Positions 1-9,489 are shown, numbered from the stretch's first letter. The stretch is 25,733 bases of DNA from a virus (IMGVR_UViG_2606217117_000004), one strand, 5' to 3'. Notes: a model not told the origin generated them from the sequence alone. Translations and numbers: made by a program.

Positions 1-93
1 ACTCAGTTGCTGGTCTTTCTGACGGAGGGCTTCAGCCTGCTCAGAGAGCAACCTTTCCAGCTCTGCGATGCGAATGAGGTATTTCTGACTCAT
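1..93 (-). CDS. IS66-family transposase (Orf3/TnpC), N-terminal 31 codons only
   Basis: Reverse complement of 1..93 translates to MSQKYLIRIAELERLLSEQAEALRQKDQQLS, the typical IS66 transposase N-terminus; ATG at 93..91; continues past the window edge. Confidence 0.75.
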   Translation of the reverse strand, partial: MSQKYLIRIAELERLLSEQAEALRQKDQQLS

Positions 94-123
94 GACCGTT
101 TTTATAATGCGGTCAGGAGTTTT

Positions 124-474
124 TTACAACATTGTCAGTGAGTTACGGCTGGATGTTTTTGGCTGACGCCAGTCCAGCTTATCGAGGAGCATTGCCAGTT
201 GCGAGCGGGTAATGGATACCTTGCCGTCACGTACCGCAGGCCAGATAAACTGGCCTTCCTCCAGGCGTTTGGTGAACAGGCACAGACCATCAGCATCAGC
301 CCAAAGAATTTTGACGGTGTCACCCCGTCGGCCACGGAAGATAAACAGGTGACCGGAGAAGGGATTATCATTCAGCACATGTTGTACCTGTTCTCCCAGT
401 CCGTTGAAGGATTTACGCATATCGGTAACGCCGGCAACGAGCCAGATACGGGTACCTGATGGGAGTGAGATCAT
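124..474 (-). CDS. IS66-family Orf2 (IS66-type TnpB)
   Basis: 116-aa ORF MISLPSGTRIWLVAGVTDMRKSFNGL... matches the conserved IS66 orf2 product. Confidence 0.8.
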   Translation of the reverse strand: MISLPSGTRIWLVAGVTDMRKSFNGLGEQVQHVLNDNPFSGHLFIFRGRRGDTVKILWADADGLCLFTKRLEEGQFIWPAVRDGKVSITRSQLAMLLDKLDWRQPKTSSRNSLTML

Positions 475-896
475 CTTCCCCTCCCGGTCAGTTCACGGAT
501 CAACACTGTGAGCAGCTCTGGCGATGGATTTTCCAGCGTCATGTTACCGTGACGGAATTCCACCTTGCAGGAACTGGCACTGACTCTGGTCTGAGTGGAA
601 GTGGATAAAGACGGCGCAATGGCCGCCACAGGTTCTTTCTGCTCATCCGGCGTTATTTCTACAGGTAATAATTCAACGCCAGTGTCAGAAGAGGTCGTTA
701 CCGGAAGACGCCGCGAAACACGCCCTTCGTTCTGCCAGAGCCTGAGCCATTTGAAAATAACATTATCATTGACGCCATTTTCACGTGCAATCTGTGCAAC
801 ACAAGCTCCAGGTTGTGATGCCAGTTCCACCATACGAAGTTTGAATTCATTCGAATAGTTTTTACGAGGTTCTTTTCGCCAGTCCTGTAATTCCAT
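471..896 (-). CDS. IS66-family accessory protein Orf1 (TnpA-like)
   Basis: 141-aa ORF MELQDWRKEPRKNYSNEFKLRMVELASQPG... recognised as IS66 orf1; stop overlaps the orf2 start. Confidence 0.8.
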   Translation of the reverse strand: MELQDWRKEPRKNYSNEFKLRMVELASQPGACVAQIARENGVNDNVIFKWLRLWQNEGRVSRRLPVTTSSDTGVELLPVEITPDEQKEPVAAIAPSLSTSTQTRVSASSCKVEFRHGNMTLENPSPELLTVLIRELTGRGR

Positions 897-910
897 ACTT
901 AGATGTCCGT

Positions 911-2002
911 CTATATCAGATGGGCGTCTAAGTTACCAATTCTCGTCTGATGGCTACATACGGCGGTCAGTTTACGCTTACCCTCAATTGCAGATAATCT
1001 TTGTCTTAATTCTGCGTTTTCTTCTTCCAGTGCTGTTATCCTGTCGTCTGACTCTCTGGCTACCTGAACAAGCAAGCCAGTAACACCAGAATAATCTACA
1101 GTGTAATACCGTTCACCTTCTTCGCCTTCAGATCCGCTACCACCGTCCCTATATTTTATCGTAGAGCCTACGGACTCTGGAATTGCTTCTAAGGCTTCCT
1201 GTGCGATAACACCAGCGTAAGGCATCCCGTTTTCTTTAAGCGTGTATGTATAACCATTCATCTTACGGATGCGATTGGTTGCATTATCAATCACCTGAAT
1301 ATTATCTTTCAGGTCTCGGTCAGAGGTCTGGTTAAATGCGGTCGCTTGACATGCACCATTAACAGCAAATGCATATGTGTCATCTGTTTGTTTTTGACCG
1401 AAGAATATAAAAGCCCCACCATCTACACCAACTTCATAAACAACCGGACGGCTAGAATTGCCCCACAATTTAGCAGTAACGCCAGCGTGAGCGGTTCCCT
1501 GTGTGTTTAGTGTCATGGTCGAACCATGATTAGCATATTTGATCTGTAGTGTGTCTGTATAATCAAATTTAATCAGGGCATTATCTACACGATCCCCATA
1601 GGACATGAGGCATTTACCCATTTTCAAATAACCAGCAGTGCCAGGGAAAATTAAAGTTCCTCCGTAAAGATCACTAAAGTCCCAAAAGATACCTTTTGTC
1701 CCGTTATGTGTGACGATCCTCGTCATTGTATCTTTAGTACCATCAATATTTTTTCTGGTATATATATCACTATAAGCGTTTTCCGTTTCACCAGTCTTAT
1801 TTGACAAGTGAATCTTACCGCTAAATATAGTTCCAGTGGTCGGCAATGCCTTTTGATCATAGATTACATTGCAATAACTATTCCATGTTGTTTTATTGTC
1901 TACATATGATTTTGTTGCATAGCTTCCTTGATCAGTTTTTAGTTTACTAACATCGGATTTTAGCGTTTTGATGTCATCAGGAATTACTGTTTTTGTAACC
2001 AT
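911..2002 (-). CDS. Distal tail fibre protein with C-terminal intramolecular chaperone (peptidase S74-like) domain; 3' end replaced by IS66 sequence
   Basis: 363-aa ORF with GGAG ribosome-binding site 7 nt upstream. C-terminal SDRDLKDNIQVID...GYTYTLKENG...coiled coil resembles the auto-cleaving chaperone domain of tail fibres and endosialidases. The last ~24 codons (GKRKLTAVCSHQTRIGNLDAHLI) are read from the IS end. AT-rich codon usage. Confidence 0.6.
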   Translation of the reverse strand: MVTKTVIPDDIKTLKSDVSKLKTDQGSYATKSYVDNKTTWNSYCNVIYDQKALPTTGTIFSGKIHLSNKTGETENAYSDIYTRKNIDGTKDTMTRIVTHNGTKGIFWDFSDLYGGTLIFPGTAGYLKMGKCLMSYGDRVDNALIKFDYTDTLQIKYANHGSTMTLNTQGTAHAGVTAKLWGNSSRPVVYEVGVDGGAFIFFGQKQTDDTYAFAVNGACQATAFNQTSDRDLKDNIQVIDNATNRIRKMNGYTYTLKENGMPYAGVIAQEALEAIPESVGSTIKYRDGGSGSEGEEGERYYTVDYSGVTGLLVQVARESDDRITALEEENAELRQRLSAIEGKRKLTAVCSHQTRIGNLDAHLI

Positions 2003-2014
2003 TGTCTTACTCCA

Positions 2015-2284
2015 TTAAGCCCATGTCCTTACATGCTGATCTGTCGTAATGAAAGGCATTAAAGAAGATATGTTTTTACTGCCATCAACAATCCTCATGT
2101 TTACGAAAAAACCACCGCGATCAATGCCTGTACATCTTTCGTTTTCTGGCTCCTCGTAATCAATAATGCAGCCAATAACATCAACAAGAACCCCATTTTC
2201 TTCTTCAAGACTGAACAGGCCACTGTCATATACAATTGCGTTAAACTGTTCTCTGTTATCGAATCGTAATGTTATATCCCGCAT
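2015..2284 (-). CDS. Hypothetical small acidic protein (89 aa) between the two fibre genes
   Basis: ORF whose ATG overlaps the stop of the upstream fibre gene (TAATG), indicating translational coupling. AT-rich; no family recognised. Confidence 0.45.
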   Translation of the reverse strand: MRDITLRFDNREQFNAIVYDSGLFSLEEENGVLVDVIGCIIDYEEPENERCTGIDRGGFFVNMRIVDGSKNISSLMPFITTDQHVRTWA

Positions 2285-4638
2285 TATACGTATTCCTTAA
2301 GCTGCGTATCTGACAATGCTCTGTTCCAGAAACGGAGGTTTTTTATATGACCATTAAGGTGTCGTAATCCTGTCGTCGTTTGCCCCCCGATACGAATCAC
2401 GGCTGCTTCACGAATATATTTCCATACTGTTTTGGTTTCAGTGCTTATATTCTTATTTGCAAATGAGCATGTCATGCCGTCAGCCTTAACCCTGAATCCC
2501 ATAACGAGATCTCTTACTCCGCATGACTCATATACACGCCGGTTAGCCCCGCCTATATCGCAATACGAATAACCATCCTGACTGATAGTTCCAGAAGAAC
2601 CAAACCCCATAATAAATGGGCCTCCGGACTGGTGATTTTCTGAATCAATGACACGCGGTGCAGCATTATGAGAAATAAACCAGTTTTTATGGACTTCCAC
2701 CATGAACGTAAAAGGCATGGTATACATATTTTTCATCAGCGGAAATTTACATAAATCTGATGCACGAGTCGCTGGCTCTGTTGTCGTTATGATAAAGGAA
2801 GTTGCACAAGCACCATACTCGAATTGCGGGGTGGTTACTTCTATCCAGTCACCTGTTGCAAAAGCCCCCACTGCTCTGTCGGCTGCAATTTGCAGCTGCG
2901 TACCAACCATTCCCCATTCTGGCAGACATTTCAGTGTTGCCTGAAAATATATCCATCCACTACCAGGGTCGATTTCAAAGTTTGCTGTTAATAGCTGGGC
3001 ATTACCACCCGTAATTTGTAGTTCATGAGTCTGTAATGACAAATAGGCGTCACAAAGGAAAGTGTATCCTTCCGAGTTATACCGTTCAAAACGGATACGT
3101 GCGCGAACATTGAGATCACTTCTTACCCTGAACGACGCGGTAACATACGGACCTTTACTGTACTGATCATCGCCAGTCACATCTATGCCTTTATTACCAG
3201 CAACTGTGCATATATTTCTCCCTGTTGTCGTTCCTGCTATCTCACTTCCTACTGTGAAACGTCCATATTTAAACTCAAATTCATCTGTTGATGATGTTAC
3301 AGATATACCACCGCTTTTATTCCACGCATCAGGATTAAAACTATTTACGAACATGTTTGTTCGCTGATTCTCTATCAGCAAACCATATTTTTCAAAACGA
3401 GGAACGTTATTCCCTGCCACGGTAATATGCCCGGACTTATCAATATACGTTGCTGATGAAGCGCGGCTAAATTGGCATATGCCATTAACAGGCATTGTTA
3501 TTTCATCACTGCCGATGGTTATTGTTTTATAGCCCGGGGCATACCCTGTTATCGCTTCCAGAGAATCATTCAAGGGTAGCCAGATATCAGGAAGCGGAGG
3601 GACTGAAGCAGGATCAGCGGCATCTTCTGCAATCCGGGCTGCATTCTCTGCTCTTGTTGCGGCTGACGTTGCTTCTATCTCGCTGGCTGCTGCTTTTGTT
3701 TCACTCGTCTTTGCGTTAGTTTCACTGGTTTTTGCAGCTTTTTGGCTATTAGCTGCCGCACTTGCAGAACCAGCTGCGGCACTCTCGCTTTGGGCCGCTG
3801 CATCCTGACTGTTTTTTGCCGCAGTTTCGCTGGCTTTGGCATTCGTTTCGCTGGTCTTCGCTGCCGTCTGGCTGGACTTTGCGTTAGTTTCACTCGTCTT
3901 CGCAGCTTTCTGGCTGTTAGCCGCAGCAGTTGCTGATCCAGCTGCTGAAGTCGCAGAACCGGCTGCTGCGCTCTCGCTTTCAGCTGCTGCAGCCTGGCTG
4001 TTTTTTGCCGCAGTTTCACTGGCTTTAGCATTCGTTTCGCTGGTTTTCGCTGCCGTCTGGCTGGACTTTGCGTTGGTTTCGCTCGTCTTTGCTGCTGTCT
4101 CGCTGTTTTTCGCGTTGGTTTCTGATTTTTTAGCTGCTGTCGCGGAATTTGCCGATGCAGTCTGCGAGGCCGCTGCCGCCTGTGCGCTGTTAGCTGCATT
4201 CGTTTCTGAGGTTTTCGCCGCGTTCTTCGATGATGCCGCTGCAGTTTCGGATTTCTTTGCCGCCGCTGCGCTCTGAGAGGCAGCTTCAGCGTTACGTGCT
4301 GCTTCTTCCACCATAGCCTCAAAACGGCGTAATGCCTCCGGCATGACATCCTCTTCCGTCATGGCACCGAGAAAATCATTCAGCGTCCCCGGCTTAGAAT
4401 CTTCATACACGGTGATGGTCCCGGCATGTGAAGGCGGAAAACCTTCAACCAGCAGGGTGACGTTGTACTGGCCATACTCAACATCCATGCTGTAACGCCC
4501 GGCTTCATCCGGATTTTCAGAGGCCACCGTGTTCACCAGTACCGTGGTGCTGTTACGCTTTGCCTTCAGTTGAATAGTGCAGTTCTGTATTGGTTTTCCC
4601 GCACCATCTTTCAGCACACCTGAAATCTGTACTGCCAT
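2284..4638 (-). CDS. stf: Side tail fibre protein: lambda Stf-like N-terminus, Ala/Ser/Thr-rich repeat shaft, lectin-like (ConA/LamG-type) C-terminal domain
   Basis: N-terminus MAVQISGVLKDGAGKPIQNCTIQLKAKRNSTT... matches lambda Stf from memory. Likely start is the ATG at 4638 (GGAG upstream); the ORF track starts at a GTG at 4644. C-terminus ...GLRHLNGHIKNLRFWNRALSDTQLKEYV resembles Laminin_G_3 / ConA-like lectin domains. Confidence 0.8.
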   Translation of the reverse strand: MAVQISGVLKDGAGKPIQNCTIQLKAKRNSTTVLVNTVASENPDEAGRYSMDVEYGQYNVTLLVEGFPPSHAGTITVYEDSKPGTLNDFLGAMTEEDVMPEALRRFEAMVEEAARNAEAASQSAAAAKKSETAAASSKNAAKTSETNAANSAQAAAASQTASANSATAAKKSETNAKNSETAAKTSETNAKSSQTAAKTSETNAKASETAAKNSQAAAAESESAAAGSATSAAGSATAAANSQKAAKTSETNAKSSQTAAKTSETNAKASETAAKNSQDAAAQSESAAAGSASAAANSQKAAKTSETNAKTSETKAAASEIEATSAATRAENAARIAEDAADPASVPPLPDIWLPLNDSLEAITGYAPGYKTITIGSDEITMPVNGICQFSRASSATYIDKSGHITVAGNNVPRFEKYGLLIENQRTNMFVNSFNPDAWNKSGGISVTSSTDEFEFKYGRFTVGSEIAGTTTGRNICTVAGNKGIDVTGDDQYSKGPYVTASFRVRSDLNVRARIRFERYNSEGYTFLCDAYLSLQTHELQITGGNAQLLTANFEIDPGSGWIYFQATLKCLPEWGMVGTQLQIAADRAVGAFATGDWIEVTTPQFEYGACATSFIITTTEPATRASDLCKFPLMKNMYTMPFTFMVEVHKNWFISHNAAPRVIDSENHQSGGPFIMGFGSSGTISQDGYSYCDIGGANRRVYESCGVRDLVMGFRVKADGMTCSFANKNISTETKTVWKYIREAAVIRIGGQTTTGLRHLNGHIKNLRFWNRALSDTQLKEYV
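3700..4190 (-). repeat. Intragenic tandem direct repeats (~186-bp unit, about 2.5 copies) in the stf shaft
   Basis: Near-identical nucleotide blocks start near 3814 and 4002, with a partial copy near 3700. They encode repeated KTSETNAKSSQTAAKTSETNAKASETAAKNSQ...SESAAAGSA...NSQKAA units. Confidence 0.7.
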
Positions 4639-4646
4639 ACTCACTC

Positions 4647-4677
4647 CACAAATAAAAAAGGCGCCATTGCTGGCGCC
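4647..4677 (-). terminator. Intrinsic terminator between J and stf
   Basis: On the minus strand: 7-bp perfect stem GGCGCCA / TGGCGCC with GCAA loop (4660..4677), followed by TTTTTTATTT (4650..4659), directly downstream of the J stop. Confidence 0.6.
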
Positions 4678-4698
4678 CGTATTGGGGTTATAAATATT

Positions 4699-7600
4699 TC
4701 AACGGATACTGATACCGGAAGCAGCTTTTTTGGTCACAATCACCGTACAGTCTGTGATGTTACCTGCGCCCTGATTGCCTTTCTGGAAAATCTTAAACTC
4801 CAGAGTGACGTTACCACCACCACTCGGCATATCAATAACCGCACTGTAACTACCGGGAATGGCTCCTTTAGTTTCTCTGGATGCGATTAATACGCCATTT
4901 TTGCGAACTTCAAAACCATAACCCGTGTATCGCGTACCTCCCGGGTTATTACCGCTCCCCGGATCGTCATACGCCACACCGTTAAAAATAATGGGCGGAA
5001 TAATGATTTGGCGGTCAAAGTTATGATCATCGTAAATGGTGACTGTAACCGTCCCGTTTGGTGTTTCCGTGTTACCCCACGTACCAGCCTTTTTCGGGAA
5101 TGATTTGGATACAGTTTTAACGAAGTCACCTCTGACCTGGTTCGCCTCCAGCATGCCCTTAATCGTACAGTTTTCATTTACCGTGACATTATTGAGCGTC
5201 CCGGAGTTCGCATTCACGTTACCGCTGATATCAGCATTTCTCGCCGTCAGCCGCCCGTCCGGTGTCAGGGAAAATGCCGGAGGATTACCGCCACTGGTAA
5301 TGGTGGGAGCCGTCAGATACTTCAGGAACACTTCGTTCATGAATATCTGGTTGCCCTGCGCCACAAACATCGGCGTTTCATTCCCGTTTGCCGGGTCAAT
5401 AAACGCGATACGGTTAGCGGCAACCAGGAACTGGCTCAGTTTGCCTTCCTCCGTATCCTCCATGCTGAGGCCAAGCCCCGCGACATAATGTTTGCCGTCT
5501 TTGGTCTGCTCAATTTTGACGCCCCACATGGCATTCCATTTATCGTTGGCGTCCTTCCACTCTTTCGAAAACTCCTCCAGTTTGCTGGCGTTATCCTCCG
5601 TCAGCTCGACTTTTTCCAGCAGCTCCTTGCCGAGATGGGATTCGGTTATCTGGCCTTTGAAAAAATCCAGGTAACCTTCCGCATCATCGCTCGCCCGACC
5701 GACGGCCTCCACGAATGCCGATTTGCCAACGGTGTTCACACTGCGAACGTAAAAATAATAATCATGGCCCGGCTTAATATTGATACTGGCAGCTATCCAG
5801 TACAGCGCCGTGCCAAGATAGCGGGCTGTGGTTTCAACCTGCCTGATATCGGTAATCCGCTTTTCCGAGAACCAGAACTCAAACTGTACCGTCGGATCAT
5901 AAACGGCAAGATGCGGCGTGGCGGTTATCTGAAAATAGCCCGGCGTCAGCTCAATCCGAGATGGCGCTGCCGGTGCGGCAATCCGGAACGATACCGACGC
6001 CGGATCGCCCTGCTGCCCCCAGGCATTTGCCGCCCGGACTGTCAGCCTGTAGTTTCCCAGCGCCAGTTGCGTGAAGCGGTATGTGGTTTCCGTCGTCCGG
6101 GCCGTGCTGACCAGCCGCTCACTGCCGTCATCCGCTGCCACGGTCAGGCGAAGCATAAAGCTCACCCCCTTCACCACCTTCGGCGTATCCCAGCGCGCCA
6201 GCACCTGGTATTCCCCGCTGTCTGCAGTGACTTCTGCGGTCAGATGCTGCACTGCTGGCGGCGTGACACCATTCACCGTGCCGCTCTGGTCACCGTCAAA
6301 GTGCGCCCCGTTATCCACGATGGCTTCTTTCTCCGGTACATGCTGCACGGCAGTGATGGCATACGTACCGTCATCGTTCTCACGGATACTCACACAGCGG
6401 AACAGGCGCTGGCGCAGCGTCGGCAGCTTCAGCCCCCACACGCTGTACTCGGCAACGCCGTCAGGAACACGGCTCACTTTTACCTTCACGCCGTCGGTGA
6501 CGGACTGAACCTCCACGCTGACCGGACTCCCCTGCCCGTCAACCAGGCTTATCAGCGTGGTGCCGGAAGATGGCAGCGTGATTTCACGGTCGAGCGTCAG
6601 CGTCCGGGTCTGGCTGTTTACCGCCAGCACGCGCCCGCCGGTGCTGATACCGGCATAGTCATCATCGCAGATTTCAATGACATCGCCCGGTACATGGCGA
6701 AGCCCTTCGGCACCCACGCTGAAGTCCACGGTCTGCGTTTCCAGCAGTTCTGTTTTAATCAGCCACAGCCCGGCGCGATGTGCCTGCCCCCGGCTGGTAC
6801 AGCCAAAAGCATCCATCTTCGTGACGCTACGACCGTAACGGGCAATGGCCTGCGTGTCCTCCACAAGCTCTGTCGCCGTCTCCCAGCCGTTATTCGGGTC
6901 AATCCAGTTCACCTCAACGGCATTATGGCGGTCCTTCAGGGCGCTGAAGCTGTAGCGGAACGGCGCACCATCATCCGGCATCACCACATTACTGCGGTTA
7001 TAGGTCCACACCTTATCCGACGGTCGGTCCTGCACGAACGTCAGCGTCTGCCCGTTCCATACCGGCATACAGCGCATCGCCGAGCAGAAATCACTGAGCA
7101 CATCCCACGCCTTGCGCTGTGTGGTCAGGTACGCATTACAGGTGATGCGCGGCTCCGTGCCGCCAAAACCGTCCGGCACCGACTGATCGCAATGCTGGCC
7201 GATGACATACAGCGCCCATTTGTCCACATCCGCCGCACCAAGACGTTTCCCCATGCCGTAGCGCGGATGGGTCAGCATATCCCACAGACACCAGGCCATG
7301 TTGTTGCTGTATGCTGGCTTAAACGTTCCGTCCCAGATACCGCTGTATTGCCGCGTCTGCGGGTTATAGTTCGACGGCACCTGCAGAATACGCCCGCGCA
7401 GATGATAATTACGGCTCACCTGCTGGCTGCCGAACTGCTCCGAGTCCACCTGCACGCCGACCAGTGCCGTGTTCGGGTAGCACTGTTTCACATCGATGAT
7501 TTCGGTGTATGACGACCAGAGCGTTTTGTTCTGCAGCTGGTCTGTGGTGCTGTCCGGCGTCATCCTGCGCATCCGGATACTGAACGGGCGCGGCGGCAGG

Positions 7601-8112
7601 TTACCCACCACCACCGAGGCCAGATACTGCGAGGTGGTTTTGCCCTTAATGGTGATGTCTTTTTCCGTCACCCAGCCACCATTACGCTGTATCTGAACCA
7701 GCAGGCGGACTTCCGACGGATTCCTGTCCCCCTTTGAGGTGGTTTCCACCAGTGCCTGCACGCCGAAGGTAAAACGCAGTCGGTCAATGTTTGCCGACGT
7801 GATGGTCCGGGTGATCGGCGTGTCGTATTTCACTTCCGTACCCAGCACCGTCTCGGAGCCGGAGGATTCAAATCCCTCCGGCGGTGTCTGCTCCTGCTCA
7901 CCGGCCCGGAACACCACCGTGACGCCGGAGATGTTGGTATTCCCCTCACTGTCCAGCACTGGCGTACTGTTCAGCAGCACGCTTTTTAATCCATCCACCG
8001 GACCTTCAATCGGCCCTTCGCTGATGGCATCGATCACACTCAGCAACTGCGTGGACTTCAGGTTGTCCTTCGCTTCGCGCGGAGTATGCCCCTTACTGCT
8101 GCCTTTACCCAT
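4699..8112 (-). CDS. J: Central tail fibre / host specificity protein J
   Basis: 1137-aa ORF; the N-terminus and most of the length look lambda gpJ-like. The C-terminal ~145 aa appear to differ from my recollection of lambda J. Confidence 0.9.
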   Translation of the reverse strand: MGKGSSKGHTPREAKDNLKSTQLLSVIDAISEGPIEGPVDGLKSVLLNSTPVLDSEGNTNISGVTVVFRAGEQEQTPPEGFESSGSETVLGTEVKYDTPITRTITSANIDRLRFTFGVQALVETTSKGDRNPSEVRLLVQIQRNGGWVTEKDITIKGKTTSQYLASVVVGNLPPRPFSIRMRRMTPDSTTDQLQNKTLWSSYTEIIDVKQCYPNTALVGVQVDSEQFGSQQVSRNYHLRGRILQVPSNYNPQTRQYSGIWDGTFKPAYSNNMAWCLWDMLTHPRYGMGKRLGAADVDKWALYVIGQHCDQSVPDGFGGTEPRITCNAYLTTQRKAWDVLSDFCSAMRCMPVWNGQTLTFVQDRPSDKVWTYNRSNVVMPDDGAPFRYSFSALKDRHNAVEVNWIDPNNGWETATELVEDTQAIARYGRSVTKMDAFGCTSRGQAHRAGLWLIKTELLETQTVDFSVGAEGLRHVPGDVIEICDDDYAGISTGGRVLAVNSQTRTLTLDREITLPSSGTTLISLVDGQGSPVSVEVQSVTDGVKVKVSRVPDGVAEYSVWGLKLPTLRQRLFRCVSIRENDDGTYAITAVQHVPEKEAIVDNGAHFDGDQSGTVNGVTPPAVQHLTAEVTADSGEYQVLARWDTPKVVKGVSFMLRLTVAADDGSERLVSTARTTETTYRFTQLALGNYRLTVRAANAWGQQGDPASVSFRIAAPAAPSRIELTPGYFQITATPHLAVYDPTVQFEFWFSEKRITDIRQVETTARYLGTALYWIAASINIKPGHDYYFYVRSVNTVGKSAFVEAVGRASDDAEGYLDFFKGQITESHLGKELLEKVELTEDNASKLEEFSKEWKDANDKWNAMWGVKIEQTKDGKHYVAGLGLSMEDTEEGKLSQFLVAANRIAFIDPANGNETPMFVAQGNQIFMNEVFLKYLTAPTITSGGNPPAFSLTPDGRLTARNADISGNVNANSGTLNNVTVNENCTIKGMLEANQVRGDFVKTVSKSFPKKAGTWGNTETPNGTVTVTIYDDHNFDRQIIIPPIIFNGVAYDDPGSGNNPGGTRYTGYGFEVRKNGVLIASRETKGAIPGSYSAVIDMPSGGGNVTLEFKIFQKGNQGAGNITDCTVIVTKKAASGISIR

Positions 8113-8171
8113 TCCTCACGCTCCATAAACGACAAAACCGCCCGGAGGCGGTTTCACATAAACGTTTTTCA

Positions 8172-8843
8172 TCAGCGACCAATCACCACAACCTGACCAC
8201 CATCCCCTTCGTCTGCCGTGCTGATCTCCTGAGAGACCACCCGCGACCCCACGCGCATTTCACCGTACAGAACGGGCAGAACATTGCCCTGGGCAACCAT
8301 GTTATCCAGTGAGGAGAAATAGGTGTTCTGTTTGCCGTTATCTGTACTTGCTGCCGTGGGCGTCCTGGCTTTCGGTGCCAACATCTGCGCCACACCACCG
8401 AGCACCATACTGGCACCGAGAGAAAACAGGATACCGGTCATACCACCGGCCCCAATGGCTGCCCCCCATGCTGCAAGGGTGGCTCCGGCAGTAAAGAATG
8501 ATCCGGCAATGGCGGCAGCCCCCAGAACAATCTGGAATACGCCCCCTGACTTGGCCCCGGCGACTCTGGGAACAATATGAATCACAGCGCCGTCAGGCAG
8601 AGTCTCATGTAACTGCGCCGTTAACCCGGACGTGCTGACGTCCCGCCCGGCAATCCGTACCTGATACCAGCCGTCGCTCAGTTTCTGACGAAACGCCGGG
8701 AGCTGTGTGGCAAGTGCGCGGATGGCTTCAGCCCCCGTTTTCACACGAAGGTCGATGCGGCGGCCAAATCGTTGCAAATCCCCGTAAAGGCAGATGCGTG
8801 CCATTCCCGGTGACGCCAGAGGGAGTGTGTGCGTCGCTGCCAT
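8172..8843 (-). CDS. I: Tail tip assembly protein I
   Basis: 223 aa, lambda gpI-like; overlaps K by 103 nt as in lambda. Confidence 0.9.
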   Translation of the reverse strand: MAATHTLPLASPGMARICLYGDLQRFGRRIDLRVKTGAEAIRALATQLPAFRQKLSDGWYQVRIAGRDVSTSGLTAQLHETLPDGAVIHIVPRVAGAKSGGVFQIVLGAAAIAGSFFTAGATLAAWGAAIGAGGMTGILFSLGASMVLGGVAQMLAPKARTPTAASTDNGKQNTYFSSLDNMVAQGNVLPVLYGEMRVGSRVVSQEISTADEGDGGQVVVIGR

Positions 8844-9484
8844 TTGTCGGTGTACCTCTCTCGTTTGCTCAGTTGTTCAGGAATATGGTGCAGCAGCTCG
8901 CTGTCACCACAGTAAATGGCGGCATGATTCGGCACCGATGAACCAAAACAGCACAGCAGCACATCGCCCGGTTGTGCTGATGACAACGGCACCTGATACA
9001 GCCCTGTGGCCTCCAGATTATCCAGATAGAGATTCTGACCGTGACGCCACCAGTCATCCCCGCGATGAAAATCCGGCATCTCAATCCCCGCCAGATGATA
9101 AGCATCCCGGAACAGCGTGTAACAGTCCGTCACCCCGTGCTCAAAGCGCCGCCCGGTGAGATGCGGCACACAGCGGAACTTATGAATCGTCCCCCGGCAG
9201 ACCAGCCACCACGGCAAATCACTCTGCACCTGCAGCCGCCGGTCGGCCTCACTCAGCCAGGGCAGACCTCCGGGGTGGCTGTGGACCAGCGCCATAATCT
9301 CACCCTGCATTTCTGCCTGCAGCCAGTCTTCCGGCGACATACGGAAATACGCCTCCGGCTCACCGGAGATATTCACGCAGGGGAAATATCTTTCCCCCTC
9401 CGGCGTGCTTACCACGAAGCCGCACGACTCCGCTGGCGCACATCGCCGGGCGTGCGCCAGAATCGCTGATTCTGTCTGTGTCAT
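8741..9484 (-). CDS. K: Tail tip assembly protein K (MPN/JAB plus NlpC/P60-like); long form
   Basis: 247-aa ORF with HSHPGG metal-binding motif and upstream Glu residues. An internal ATG at 9340 would give the 199-aa product of the classical lambda annotation. Confidence 0.85.
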   Translation of the reverse strand: MTQTESAILAHARRCAPAESCGFVVSTPEGERYFPCVNISGEPEAYFRMSPEDWLQAEMQGEIMALVHSHPGGLPWLSEADRRLQVQSDLPWWLVCRGTIHKFRCVPHLTGRRFEHGVTDCYTLFRDAYHLAGIEMPDFHRGDDWWRHGQNLYLDNLEATGLYQVPLSSAQPGDVLLCCFGSSVPNHAAIYCGDSELLHHIPEQLSKRERYTDKWQRRTHSLWRHREWHASAFTGICNDLAAASTFV

Positions 9485-9489
9485 GGTAT

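Larger units (their letters stand above)
1..981 (-). mobile_element. IS66-family insertion sequence, partial (one end in window, rest beyond left edge)
   Basis: Three consecutive minus-strand ORFs with the IS66 orf1-orf2-transposase layout, orf1/orf2 overlapping by 4 nt. Terminal sequence GTAAGCGTAAACTG (minus strand, ending near 981) resembles an IS66-type terminal inverted repeat. End position uncertain by a few bp. Confidence 0.8.

Noticed and set aside
124-896. Extra ORFs inside the IS (135..371 minus, 199..459 plus, 595..858 plus)
   Set aside because: They overlap the recognised IS66 orf1 and orf2 in other frames or antisense.
3675-4349. 224-aa minus-strand ORF rich in Arg/Gln/Lys, and the 146-aa plus-strand ORF at 3836..4276
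   Set aside because: Alternative-frame and antisense readings of the stf tandem repeat region, kept open by the repeats. The in-frame stf product is the coherent one.
5488-7512. 674-aa plus-strand ORF, with neighbours 5036..5488 and 6071..6508
   Set aside because: Entirely antisense to the well-supported J gene. Arg/His/Pro-rich low-complexity translation, typical of an open antisense frame in GC-rich coding DNA.
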